DNA from: Alphaproteobacteria bacterium
Lineage (GTDB): Bacteria; Pseudomonadota; Alphaproteobacteria; Bin65
NCBI GenBank assembly: GCA_050186335.1
Contig: JBFWYO010000033.1
Coordinates: 1 to 40,000 of the forward strand
DNA length: 40,000 nt
Direction of reading: 5' to 3'
In this document: piece after piece, positions 1-8,115 of the stretch
How positions within the stretch are numbered: position 1 is the first letter of the stretch
Layout of the letters: every line of letters begins with the position of its first letter
Notes under the pieces: model-generated
Database searches by the model: none
Seen by the model: the letters and a program-made list of their open reading frames with translations, nothing else
What the model was told of the DNA's origin: nothing
Translations under genes and position numbers: made by a program

Positions 1-326
1 GGCGTGTTGGCTTCGTGGGCGGCCAAGTGGGCATCCGTGATCCGTCGCGCCGCGCGCGCGGCACTTTGCGCTTCGAGCATGGCGCGCTGATGAAAGACTT
101 CGTCGACGTCGTCCTGTGAAAAATTGGCGACGAAAGTGCCCTGGTTGCGTTCGAACGCAACCAGACCTTTGGCCGCCAGCCAACGCAGCGCCTCGCGGAT
201 CGGCGTGCGCGACAGTCCGATCTCGGCCGACAATTCTTCTTCCTTGAGATGCTGCCCCGGCGTGTACAGGCCGTTGACGATCCCGTCGAAGATCAGGCGA
301 TAGGCTTTTTCGGCGGACTGCGACAA
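1..326 (-). CDS. GntR/FadR-family transcriptional regulator (N-terminal part only; 3' end lies outside the window)
   Basis: Hand translation of the minus strand gives (TTG)SQSAEKAYRLIFDGIVNGLYTPGQHLKEEELSAEIGLSRTPIREALRWLAAKGLVAFERNQGTFVANFS..., a typical GntR winged-HTH N-terminus. GGAGG lies 4 nt upstream of the TTG at 324-326, and an in-frame TAG sits just upstream. It is absent from the ORF track because it has a non-ATG start and is truncated. Confidence 0.7.
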   Translation of the reverse strand, partial: MSQSAEKAYRLIFDGIVNGLYTPGQHLKEEELSAEIGLSRTPIREALRWLAAKGLVAFERNQGTFVANFSQDDVDEVFHQRAMLEAQSAARAARRITDAHLAAHEANT

Positions 327-432
327 GGGCCCTCCCGGTTCCGGCTAGTATAGGGTGTTGCGTGGGTTTTCGGCAGTAACCCAATATTGCAATCCGGCCA
401 TAGCGGAACGATGAGCCGGCGCGAAAACTCGA

Positions 433-1407
433 TCAACGGTAACACCCGGCAATTCTCGCGCGCTGCACCGCCAGCGCAAACACCGCATCCAATGTCGGTA
501 CCGGGACGCCCGCCAGGCGCGCCATTTCGGCGACGACCAGGCAGATCGCGTCGAGCTCGACCGGCCGGCTCTTGTCCAAATCCTGCAGCATCGAGGTGCG
601 GAAGCCTTTGAGATTTGCGCCCAGATCGATCCGCTCGTCCGGCGACATGCCCTCCTTGAGACCGAAATGGCGGCCGACCTGGATCGCCTCGACGATCATC
701 TGCCGGCACACCGCGCGCAGCCCGGGTTCGGTGCCGATGACGTCGTTGGTGGCGCCGGTCAACACGCTGACCGGCGCGTAGGTCATGTTGCCGAGCAGCT
801 TGATCCAGTACTCGTTCTGGATCTCCGCCGACGCCACGGCGCCGATGCCGGCCGTCTTGAAAGCCTCGACGATCGATGCGAGCCGCTTGGTCAGCTGGCC
901 GCTCGGTTCGCCGACGAAAAACTTGTTCTGATTGTTGTGCCGTACGACGCCCGGCGCCGGCACCGAGGCGGCGACGTGCAAGACGCAGCCGATAATGCGC
1001 GCCGGATCGAGCGCGCGCATCAACGCGCCGTCCGGATCGATCGATTTCAGCTGCAGGCCGGAAAATTTGCCGAAGCCGTGAAAAAACCACCACGGGATGC
1101 CGTTCATCGCGGTCACGACGGTGGTCTCGGGCCCGATCATCGGCCGCAGGGTCGGTACGATCGCTGGCAGGGCGGGCGCCTTGACGGTCAGGATCACGCA
1201 ATCCTGTTCGCCGGCCTCCTCGGCGCTGGCCACCGCGCGCGGCTTGGACGGCAGCCGCTCGCCGCCCATCTCGAGGATCAGGCCGTTGTCGCGAATGGCG
1301 CGCAAATTCTCGCCGCGCGCGATAAAGGTGACCGCATTGCCCGATCGCGCCAGGAGCGAGCCCAAGAAGCCGCCGATCGCGCCGGCACCGTAAATGCAAA
1401 ATCGCAT
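433..1407 (-). CDS. 2-dehydropantoate 2-reductase (PanE/ApbA) family NAD(P)-dependent oxidoreductase
   Basis: Taken from track ORF 433..1572 and trimmed to the internal ATG at 1405-1407, giving MRFCIYGAGAIGGFLGSLLARSG. This is a Rossmann GxGxxG motif right at the N-terminus, as in ketopantoate reductases. The 55 codons upstream look like non-coding read-through. Confidence 0.85.
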   Translation of the reverse strand: MRFCIYGAGAIGGFLGSLLARSGNAVTFIARGENLRAIRDNGLILEMGGERLPSKPRAVASAEEAGEQDCVILTVKAPALPAIVPTLRPMIGPETTVVTAMNGIPWWFFHGFGKFSGLQLKSIDPDGALMRALDPARIIGCVLHVAASVPAPGVVRHNNQNKFFVGEPSGQLTKRLASIVEAFKTAGIGAVASAEIQNEYWIKLLGNMTYAPVSVLTGATNDVIGTEPGLRAVCRQMIVEAIQVGRHFGLKEGMSPDERIDLGANLKGFRTSMLQDLDKSRPVELDAICLVVAEMARLAGVPVPTLDAVFALAVQRARIAGCYR

Positions 1408-1526
1408 TGATATTTCAGCCGTTCTGCAGAGCGATTTGAGGGTCAAGCGACAAAAAACCGATTTTGCCGGTGCGGCGCAACGGTTAATATCACCGAACTT
1501 CGACGTTTTCGCCTTTGGAGGCATTG

Positions 1527-2318
1527 ATGGCCACGATGAATGCGCCCACCCCGCTGCGCAAAATGGGCACACGCCCGACCCAGTTCAGCGCCGAAGAGTG
1601 GGAGTTGCGGCAAGAGCTGGCCGCGGCGTACCGCATCGTCGATTACATGGGCTGGTCGATGGTCATCTTCAATCACATCACCGTGCGCGTGCCCGGCCCG
1701 GAGCACCATTTCCTGATCAACCCCTATGGGCTGCGCTATGACGAGGTCACCGCGTCGAACCTGGTTAAGATCGACCTCAAGGGCAATATCGTCGGCAATG
1801 CCGACTGGCCGGTAAATCCGGCCGGCTTCACGATCCACAGTGCCATTCACCAGAATGTGCCGGATGCGCTCTGCGTGATCCATACGCATACGCGCGAAGG
1901 CTTGGCAGTGGCGTGCAAGAAGGACGGGCTGCGCAACACGAATTTCTATTCGTGCATGCTGCAGGGCTACATCGCGTACCATAATTTCGAAGGGCTCACG
2001 GTGCGCGACGACGAAGGCCCGCGCCTGGTCGAAAGCATCGGCAAGGCGCCAATCGTTATTTTGCGCAATCATGGCCTGCTGGCCCATGGCCGCACCGTCG
2101 CCGAAGCGTTTTCGCGCATGTGGACGTTACAGCTTGCCTGCGAAGCGCAGGTGCTGGCCGATTCGATGCAGGGCGAAACGATTCCGGTGACGCAGGAGGC
2201 GACCTTCTACTCGACGCGCGACGCCGAGCTATTCAATCCTGAAAAGACGTGCGGTCAGGCGACGTTCGATGCGCTCGTCCGCCTGATGGACCAGCGCGAT
2301 CCGTCGTTCCGGAATTGA
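1527..2318 (+). CDS. class II aldolase/adducin family protein
   Basis: The translation contains FLINPYGLRYDEVTASNLVKIDLKGN...GFTIHSAIH...CVIHTHT...ILRNHGLLAHG, which is the His-rich metal site pattern of class II aldolases. GGAGG at 1516-1520 favours the ATG at 1527 over the track start at 1515. Confidence 0.85.
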   Translation: MATMNAPTPLRKMGTRPTQFSAEEWELRQELAAAYRIVDYMGWSMVIFNHITVRVPGPEHHFLINPYGLRYDEVTASNLVKIDLKGNIVGNADWPVNPAGFTIHSAIHQNVPDALCVIHTHTREGLAVACKKDGLRNTNFYSCMLQGYIAYHNFEGLTVRDDEGPRLVESIGKAPIVILRNHGLLAHGRTVAEAFSRMWTLQLACEAQVLADSMQGETIPVTQEATFYSTRDAELFNPEKTCGQATFDALVRLMDQRDPSFRN

Positions 2319-2345
2319 CGCTGATCTAATCTAAAATAATTCATC

Positions 2346-2433
2346 CTCATGCTGAGCCTGTCGAAGCATGAGTCCTCGCACTTCTAACTGCCGATAAGCG
2401 GAACCTCACCCTTCGACAGGCTCGGCGTGAGGT
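2346..2433. repeat. Two REP-like palindromic elements (family B core TTCGACARGCTC flanked by CTCATGC/GCATGAG-type arms) in inverted orientation
   Basis: Hairpin 2346-2372 is CTCATGCT-gagcctgtcga-AGCATGAG with an 8 bp stem. Hairpin 2403-2433 is ACCTCAC-ccttcgacaggctcggc-GTGAGGT with a 7 bp stem. The two loops are reverse complements of each other. The pair sits in the convergent gap between the aldolase and DUF1501 genes. Confidence 0.75.
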
Positions 2434-2452
2434 AATTTTTCCGTAACGCCCA

Positions 2453-3670
2453 TTATCCTCTTCGCACCAATCCGCCGAGCGGCGTCTGCGCGCGGCTGTT
2501 CGGGAATATGCGATCCTCGAGCGCCGTGTCCGCAATGCCCAGATGTTCGCGCAGGATGCCCTTGAACAGGCGGCGCGGTTCGACCGTCGCCTTGAGGTCC
2601 CGCGCTTCGAACAATTGCGTATCGGCCAGGCCGGGCCAGTTACCCACAATGCGCCCGCCGTTGACGGCGCCGCCCGCCAAGAAAGCCGTGCTGGCCGTGC
2701 CGTGATCGGTGCCGCGGCCGCCGTTCTCGCGCGCGGTGCGGCCGAATTCGGTGACCACGACGACTAGCGTTTTCGTCCATGCCGCCCCGAGCGCGGTCCG
2801 AAATGCCGCCATGCCGGCGTCGAGCTGCGGCAACAAGCCGCCGAGCACGCCGGGTTGGTTGACATGCGTATCCCAGCCGTTGGCCTCAAGCACTGCGATG
2901 CGCGGACCGTTCGGATCGGCGAGCAGTTTTCCCGTCGCTTCGGCGAGCAGCCGGTATGCCTGATTGCCGGGCGCCCGCCTGGCCATATCGTTGTTCAAGC
3001 CGCGCTGTTCCGGCACGCCGAGCGCAGCACTGGCGACTTTCGCGGATGCGCGCGCCTCGCGCATGGTCCGCGCGAAGGTCGGGTCGTGTTTGTAGAGCGC
3101 CTCGAGCCGATCCAAGAACGCAGCGTCGGCCGAGGGTAGGGCGGTTGGCTCCCAGCTGCGCACCGCCACGCCGCCGCGCAATACCAAAGGCACCCCAGAG
3201 CCGACCGCCAGGCCCAAACGCTCGCCGCGGCCGGTCATTTGCGCAAGCGCGCGGTTGAGCCAGCCGTCGGGCGAGCCGTGCGGAATCGGCGTACCATTTT
3301 CCAGCACGTCCTGTGCATCGAAATGCGAGCGCGATCTATCCAATCCGCCGAACGCCGGCACGATCGCCAATCGTTTCTCGCGATACAGCGTGTGCAGGGT
3401 TTTCAGCGCCGGATGCAGGCCGAAATACCCGTCGAGATCGAGCGCGCCGTCGGCCGCGCCCGGCCGCGCCACGGCGATGTTCGGCCGCAGCCGCCGGTAG
3501 TTTTCGTCGGCATAGGGCGGCACGGCGGCCAGCCCGTCCAATCCGCCGCGCAGGATCACCAGCACCAGGCGCCGGTCGGTCGGTGCCGCGGCCAGGGCGA
3601 TGCGCCCGGGCAACAGCGCAGCCGCGCCGAGCGCGCCCAAACCCGTCAATACGTCGCGGCGTGCGATCAT
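2453..3670 (-). CDS. DUF1501 family protein (alkaline phosphatase/sulfatase-like fold) with twin-arginine signal
   Basis: The track ORF was trimmed to the ATG at 3668-3670, which has GGAGA upstream. The N-terminus MIARRDVLTGLGALGAAALLPGRIALAAAP is Tat-like. The C-terminal region VVVVTEFGRTARENGGRGTDHG is typical of DUF1501 as I recall it. Confidence 0.85.
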   Translation of the reverse strand: MIARRDVLTGLGALGAAALLPGRIALAAAPTDRRLVLVILRGGLDGLAAVPPYADENYRRLRPNIAVARPGAADGALDLDGYFGLHPALKTLHTLYREKRLAIVPAFGGLDRSRSHFDAQDVLENGTPIPHGSPDGWLNRALAQMTGRGERLGLAVGSGVPLVLRGGVAVRSWEPTALPSADAAFLDRLEALYKHDPTFARTMREARASAKVASAALGVPEQRGLNNDMARRAPGNQAYRLLAEATGKLLADPNGPRIAVLEANGWDTHVNQPGVLGGLLPQLDAGMAAFRTALGAAWTKTLVVVVTEFGRTARENGGRGTDHGTASTAFLAGGAVNGGRIVGNWPGLADTQLFEARDLKATVEPRRLFKGILREHLGIADTALEDRIFPNSRAQTPLGGLVRRG

Positions 3671-3672
3671 GC

Positions 3673-5007
3673 TTATCTCCGCTGGAATTCGGCGCTGGCG
3701 AACACCAGCGCGATGCCGTCGTCGCGCGACGGCGCCTGCGCCACCGCCGTCATCAGCGACGGCGTCGCCATCGGTCCGAGCGAATCGACCAGCATTTTGT
3801 TGGGCTCGATTTGGCGCTGCACCAGCTTCGCCACCAATCGCGCCCACTCGATGCGGCGCATCAGCGCTTCGGGCGTCAGCCAGTCGGCCGCGGTGTCCGG
3901 CCAGCCGGCCGGCGAGGGCGCGGTGAACGGCATCTGGTGCAAGGTATGAAACGTGCCGATGAAACCTTTCGGCGGCAGTTCGTTGATGCCGACGGCGCGC
4001 ATCGCGGCAATGGCAAAGTCGTGCGGCGATTTCACTTTCGGCTGTTTAGTCGCCCAGGCTTCGGCGAGGTCGACGAGCCCGAGACTCACCTGCGCGAGAT
4101 CGCCGTCGGTGTCGCGAAACAGCTTGGCCAGCCTGGCGACGGTGACCGGCGGCGGATTGTCGGCGACGAAGTGGCGCGCGAGTTTGGTCGCGATAAAGGT
4201 CGCGGTCGACGGATGCCGCGCCAGATCGCGCAGCGCCGCTTCGCCTTCCGCCAGACCGCCTTGGCCGTAAGCGCGGCCGAGCAGCGTCTTGGCGCCCGGC
4301 TCGTGGGCGATCGGGCGGAATTTGAACTCGCCGCTGTTGCCGTCGCGCGGCGAAATGCCGTCGACCGACCAGCCGGTGATCAGCTTGGCGAGCGTCGTCA
4401 CGTCGGCCTGCGTGTAGCCGCCTTTGACGCCCAGCGTATGCAGCTCGAGTATTTCGCGCGCCAGATTTTCGTTGAGCCCGTATTTGACCAGCTTGGCCGC
4501 CGGCGAGCCGGGACCGATCGATCCGGCATTGTCGAGATACAGCAGCATGACCGGATGCTTGGCCGCGGCGAGCAGCATGTCGGCGAACTTGCCGAATACA
4601 TTCGGCCGGATCGCCTCGCGCTCGAATGCGCCGGCCGGCGGCCCGGCGAAAAACCGCGCGGCCGAGACGGTGAAATGATTGGCCCAGAACACGACCAGCC
4701 GCTCGCGGAACGGCGCCGTGCTGCGCACCATGGCGAGGCCACGCGCATTGACCTCGTTCTCGAAGACGGTTTTCAGCTTGGTCTGGAACAGCGATTTGAT
4801 GGCCTCGGCGCCGCCCTTGCGCGAAGCCAGGAACGCGCCAATCGAATCGCGCGAAGGGGGTAATTTCGCCAATTCGGCCGGGATCTCGGCGGGCTTCACC
4901 TGCGCGCGCAGCCAGCCGCGCGGATCCTTGCCGATCGCGGCCAATTCGCCCGGCCGGGGCCCAAGCCCAAAGCGCGTGGCGGCTATGAATGCATCGACGG
5001 TCGTCAT
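3673..5007 (-). CDS. DUF1800 family protein
   Basis: This 444 aa ORF opens MTTVDAFIAATRFGLGPRPGE... and contains ...FWANHFTVS...LELHTLGV. It ends 2 nt before the DUF1501 start, which is the usual DUF1800-DUF1501 pairing. Confidence 0.85.
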   Translation of the reverse strand: MTTVDAFIAATRFGLGPRPGELAAIGKDPRGWLRAQVKPAEIPAELAKLPPSRDSIGAFLASRKGGAEAIKSLFQTKLKTVFENEVNARGLAMVRSTAPFRERLVVFWANHFTVSAARFFAGPPAGAFEREAIRPNVFGKFADMLLAAAKHPVMLLYLDNAGSIGPGSPAAKLVKYGLNENLAREILELHTLGVKGGYTQADVTTLAKLITGWSVDGISPRDGNSGEFKFRPIAHEPGAKTLLGRAYGQGGLAEGEAALRDLARHPSTATFIATKLARHFVADNPPPVTVARLAKLFRDTDGDLAQVSLGLVDLAEAWATKQPKVKSPHDFAIAAMRAVGINELPPKGFIGTFHTLHQMPFTAPSPAGWPDTAADWLTPEALMRRIEWARLVAKLVQRQIEPNKMLVDSLGPMATPSLMTAVAQAPSRDDGIALVFASAEFQRR

Positions 5008-5162
5008 CGTGCCCCGGCAGATTGACGCGTCCCCCGATCGTATTACGGGAAGGCGGGGTGATTATATCCCCGAGGCGATTTCGATCGACGGGCGTACCGA
5101 AGCACCGCGGCGCGATGTCGTTTGTCGCCCCGGGCGGCGCATTGCGGAAGTCTGCGCGCCCG

Positions 5163-6398
5163 CTACTTTGCCGCCGGCTCCGGCGTCTCGAAATCCTTGC
5201 GTTCCATCAGCCATGAGGTCGCGAGGCCGAACACCAGGCCCCAGAACGCCGGGCCAATGTTGAAAATGCGCAAATCGGACACGGTGACCAGGAACACGAC
5301 CAGCGCGCCCAGCGTGAACTTGTCGCGGAATGCCTGCACGAACGAAGCCTGCAGCACGCGCAACAGGGCCAAGCCGCCCAGGATCATGATGAAGGCCGAC
5401 GGCAAGCCGACCATAAGTTTGGTCATCAGCGGCCCGAACAGGCCGAACAGAATTGCGAAGATGCCCCAGGTCACGCCGCCCAGATAATGGGTTTCCTTGT
5501 CGCCGGAGGCGGTCAGGATCGCGTTGACCGGCCCGGTTAGGCACGTGTTGACGCTGCCCATCGACGCGTAGACGATCGAACCCACGCCGCACAAGTTCGT
5601 TACGGTGTTGGTCGGCGGATCGAAGCCGGCGGCTTTCAAGATCGTCAAGCCGTTGGCATTCTGCAGCACCAGGACTGCAACGGTCATCGGAATGACCAAT
5701 TCGATCATGCCCTGGAGCGAAAATTCCGGCATGTAGAATTTCGGCAGCGCGATCAACGCGGTCATTTCGCCGCTCGGCTTGTACTGGCCTGTCGCCACGC
5801 AGACCACGGCACCCGCGATCAGCGCCGCGAATACCGGCGGGCAATAGCGGCCGATGCGCGGCAGCAATGTAAAGACGATGAACCCGGCGAGCGTGGCGAA
5901 AGCGACCCAGAAAGTCTGGTCGAACGCCTTGACGATGCCGATGCCGAAATTCAGGAAAATGCCGGCGATCATCGCCATGACCAGCGGCATCGGAATCGCA
6001 TTCATGGCTCGCTTGACCAGGCCGGAAAGACCAAGCACGAGGATGACCGCGCCCGCGGCCATGCACGCGCCGAGCACTTCGGGGAAGCTCAGTTGACCGG
6101 AAATTTTCGGGTCGACCAAGACGGAACCGGGGATGGTCCAGCCGATCGCCAGCGGCATCCGGTAGCCGATGCTCAACACCACGGTGAAAATGCCGGACAG
6201 CGCGAAGCCGATCAGCAGCCAGGACGCGATGTCCTCTTCCTTCAGGCCGCGCGCAAGGCAGACGCTGACGATGATCGCAACCGGGCCGGTCGAGGCGAAC
6301 AGGAAGCTGACGATGCCGATGGCCAAGTGATGGCCCCTGTAGGCGCGCAGCATTTCGCCCAGGCGCGGCAGCGGACGCGGAAATTTCTCGGCGATCAA
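5163..6398 (-). CDS. benE: BenE family (benzoate:H+ symporter type) membrane transporter
   Basis: A 411 aa polytopic membrane protein. The motifs GWTIPGSVLV, LQNANGLTILKAAGF and FLVTVS...GPAFWGLVFGL parallel my memory of E. coli YdcO/BenE (GAALL, QNAPGIAAMKAAGY, FLVTASG..GSAFWGL). Confidence 0.85.
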   Translation of the reverse strand: MIAEKFPRPLPRLGEMLRAYRGHHLAIGIVSFLFASTGPVAIIVSVCLARGLKEEDIASWLLIGFALSGIFTVVLSIGYRMPLAIGWTIPGSVLVDPKISGQLSFPEVLGACMAAGAVILVLGLSGLVKRAMNAIPMPLVMAMIAGIFLNFGIGIVKAFDQTFWVAFATLAGFIVFTLLPRIGRYCPPVFAALIAGAVVCVATGQYKPSGEMTALIALPKFYMPEFSLQGMIELVIPMTVAVLVLQNANGLTILKAAGFDPPTNTVTNLCGVGSIVYASMGSVNTCLTGPVNAILTASGDKETHYLGGVTWGIFAILFGLFGPLMTKLMVGLPSAFIMILGGLALLRVLQASFVQAFRDKFTLGALVVFLVTVSDLRIFNIGPAFWGLVFGLATSWLMERKDFETPEPAAK

Positions 6399-6571
6399 AC
6401 GGCTAACTCCCCAGACGGTCAGGTATTCTTATTCTATCGCCAGCCGACGGGTCCGCTCGATAGGGCACCCCCGGCCAGCTTCGACCGGCAGGCTAAGGAG
6501 GCGGACGGCCTCCGGTCAACATGCGCGGGTAGAGGGCAGCCGTGCCTACGCAACATGCGTCGCGCGCCGGT

Positions 6572-6608
6572 CAAAAAGACCCCCGCGACGCCGCAGGCGT
6601 CGCGGGGG
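6572..6608 (-). terminator. Rho-independent terminator of the LigB/VOC operon
   Basis: A perfect 13 bp stem, CCCCCGCGACGCC (6580-6592) with GGCGTCGCGGGGG (6596-6608), encloses a 3 nt loop. On the minus strand it is followed by TCTTTTT (the complement of 6572-6579). It lies 28 nt downstream of the VOC stop codon. Confidence 0.8.
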
Positions 6609-6635
6609 AGGGAAGTCGAACGCGTGGTGTTGGAA

Positions 6636-7178
6636 TCACGCGTTCGAGCGGAACTCCTTCTGGTGCAGAAACGCGGCGTGCTTGACCGTCCGCTTCGATT
6701 TCTGCCAGTCCTTGAGCATACGCGGCGCCATGCGCGCGAGCTTTTTCATCATCGCCGGACGGCCGGTATGCACCGTCAGTTCCACGCGATGGCCGTTCGG
6801 ATCGAAGAAATAGATGCTCTTGATGAATTCATGGTCGGTCGGCCCGATCACGTCGAGGCCCTTTTTGACCAGCTTCCGCTTGAAGCGCATGAGCTCCTTC
6901 TCGTCCTTGACCTGGAACGCGATGTGCTGGAGCCAGGCGGGCGTGTTCGGGTCGCGCTGCATCGGCGGCGAATTCGGCACCTCGAAGAACGCCAGCGAGC
7001 AGCCTTTGCCGGCGTCGAAGAAGATGTGCATGTAGGGATCGGGATCCTTGGTCGACGGCACCCGGTCTTCCGAGATCGCCATCGTGTATTTCATGCCCAG
7101 CAGGCCCGAATAGAAATCCACCGTCTCGCGTGCATCCTTGCAGCGGTAGGCGACGTGGTGAATGCGTGTGACGGCCAT
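6636..7178 (-). CDS. VOC (glyoxalase/bleomycin resistance/extradiol dioxygenase) family protein
   Basis: A 180 aa protein with IHHVAY, QHIAF and RVELT, the H/H/E metal triad pattern of the VOC fold. A strong RBS (AAGGAGGA) lies upstream, and the LigB stop codon is 19 nt before the ATG. Confidence 0.85.
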   Translation of the reverse strand: MAVTRIHHVAYRCKDARETVDFYSGLLGMKYTMAISEDRVPSTKDPDPYMHIFFDAGKGCSLAFFEVPNSPPMQRDPNTPAWLQHIAFQVKDEKELMRFKRKLVKKGLDVIGPTDHEFIKSIYFFDPNGHRVELTVHTGRPAMMKKLARMAPRMLKDWQKSKRTVKHAAFLHQKEFRSNA

Positions 7179-7197
7179 CGATTCCTCCTTTTTCCTT

Positions 7198-8013
7198 TCA
7201 GGCGGCTGATTCCAGCATGATGTGCGCGTTGCCGCTGCCCGACGATTGTCCGTAGGGGCCGATCTGCGCGCCGCGCGTCGTTCCGTTCAGACAACCGAGC
7301 AGCGTGGCGATGTTGCGGCCGCCGACTTCGCCGACGGCGAAATCCGCGTAATGCGGCAGCCACGCCTTCGCCTCGGCGATGCGGCCGTGGGTCAGAAGCT
7401 CGATCAGCTTCATGTCGGCTTCCTGGCGCTCCTTGGTCGGCCAGTGATCCGGCCCGCGCACCAGCTTGTGCGACAGCGCGGTACTGGCGACGAACACCGC
7501 GCGGCGGCGCGATTTCTTGGCGGCCATCCGGATCGCGTGGCCGACGCGCATGCACTCGTCCAAAGTGGACAGCGCGCAGGTACCGATCAGCACGACCGGA
7601 ATCTTGCCGTCCGGGTCGATATAGTGGGTCGGCACCCAACTGCCGTAATCCCAGACGAAATCCGGCGAATTATTGGCTTCGCACGGATGGCCGCTGGCGT
7701 TGATCGCATCGACCAGGGCGCGACCGAACACCGGATCGCCGGGCCAGCGATAGGGGACGCCCGAAATTATGTTGGGCGCCTCGGCGGAAACGCAGACGCC
7801 GCGATGTTCGGACTGGCAGGTAACGTGCCAATTGAACGTATTCACCCAGTGCGCCGAGTGGACGATCAGCACGTCGGGATTAAGCGCGCGAATGGCGGCG
7901 CCCATCTCCTGCGCCGCCTGGATCAGGCCTCGAACGAATTGCGGCGCCTTCGCTGCAACGCCCATGCGCGGCGTATGCGGAGCAATGACAGCGCGTACGA
8001 TTCCGAACGGCAC
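7198..8013 (-). CDS. class III extradiol ring-cleavage dioxygenase, LigB (catalytic subunit B) family
   Basis: The translation contains IVRAVIAPHTPRM...VLIVHSAHW...FVASTALSHKL, a LigB/MEMO-like pattern. I prefer the GTG at 8011-8013, preceded by GGGAGG, which gives 271 aa. The track ATG at 8076 would add 21 atypical residues, so the start is uncertain. No LigA-like small subunit gene is present. Confidence 0.8.
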   Translation of the reverse strand: MPFGIVRAVIAPHTPRMGVAAKAPQFVRGLIQAAQEMGAAIRALNPDVLIVHSAHWVNTFNWHVTCQSEHRGVCVSAEAPNIISGVPYRWPGDPVFGRALVDAINASGHPCEANNSPDFVWDYGSWVPTHYIDPDGKIPVVLIGTCALSTLDECMRVGHAIRMAAKKSRRRAVFVASTALSHKLVRGPDHWPTKERQEADMKLIELLTHGRIAEAKAWLPHYADFAVGEVGGRNIATLLGCLNGTTRGAQIGPYGQSSGSGNAHIMLESAA

Positions 8014-8115
8014 CCGAGCCTCCCGTGCAAACTTTCCAACAATTGAAAGCTTGGCCTCATCGGCGCAAGACGACATTGACGTGGATCAACGGACGGCACG
8101 GCGTCGGCAGGCGGA

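Noticed and set aside
293-1399. 368-aa minus-strand ORF; the same applies to 667..1410 + and 1443..2087 -
   Set aside because: They are in a different frame or on the opposite strand from the PanE-like and aldolase genes. Only 433..1407 gives the Rossmann GAGAIGG N-terminus.
3313-4863. 516-aa plus-strand ORF; the same applies to 3239..3949, 6093..7220, 7222..8046, 8025..8972, 8137..9228 and 30630..32210
   Set aside because: They are antisense to the DUF1501/DUF1800, BenE/VOC, LigB, MetE-like and secreted-protein genes. They contain no motifs and have extreme Arg/Ala content.
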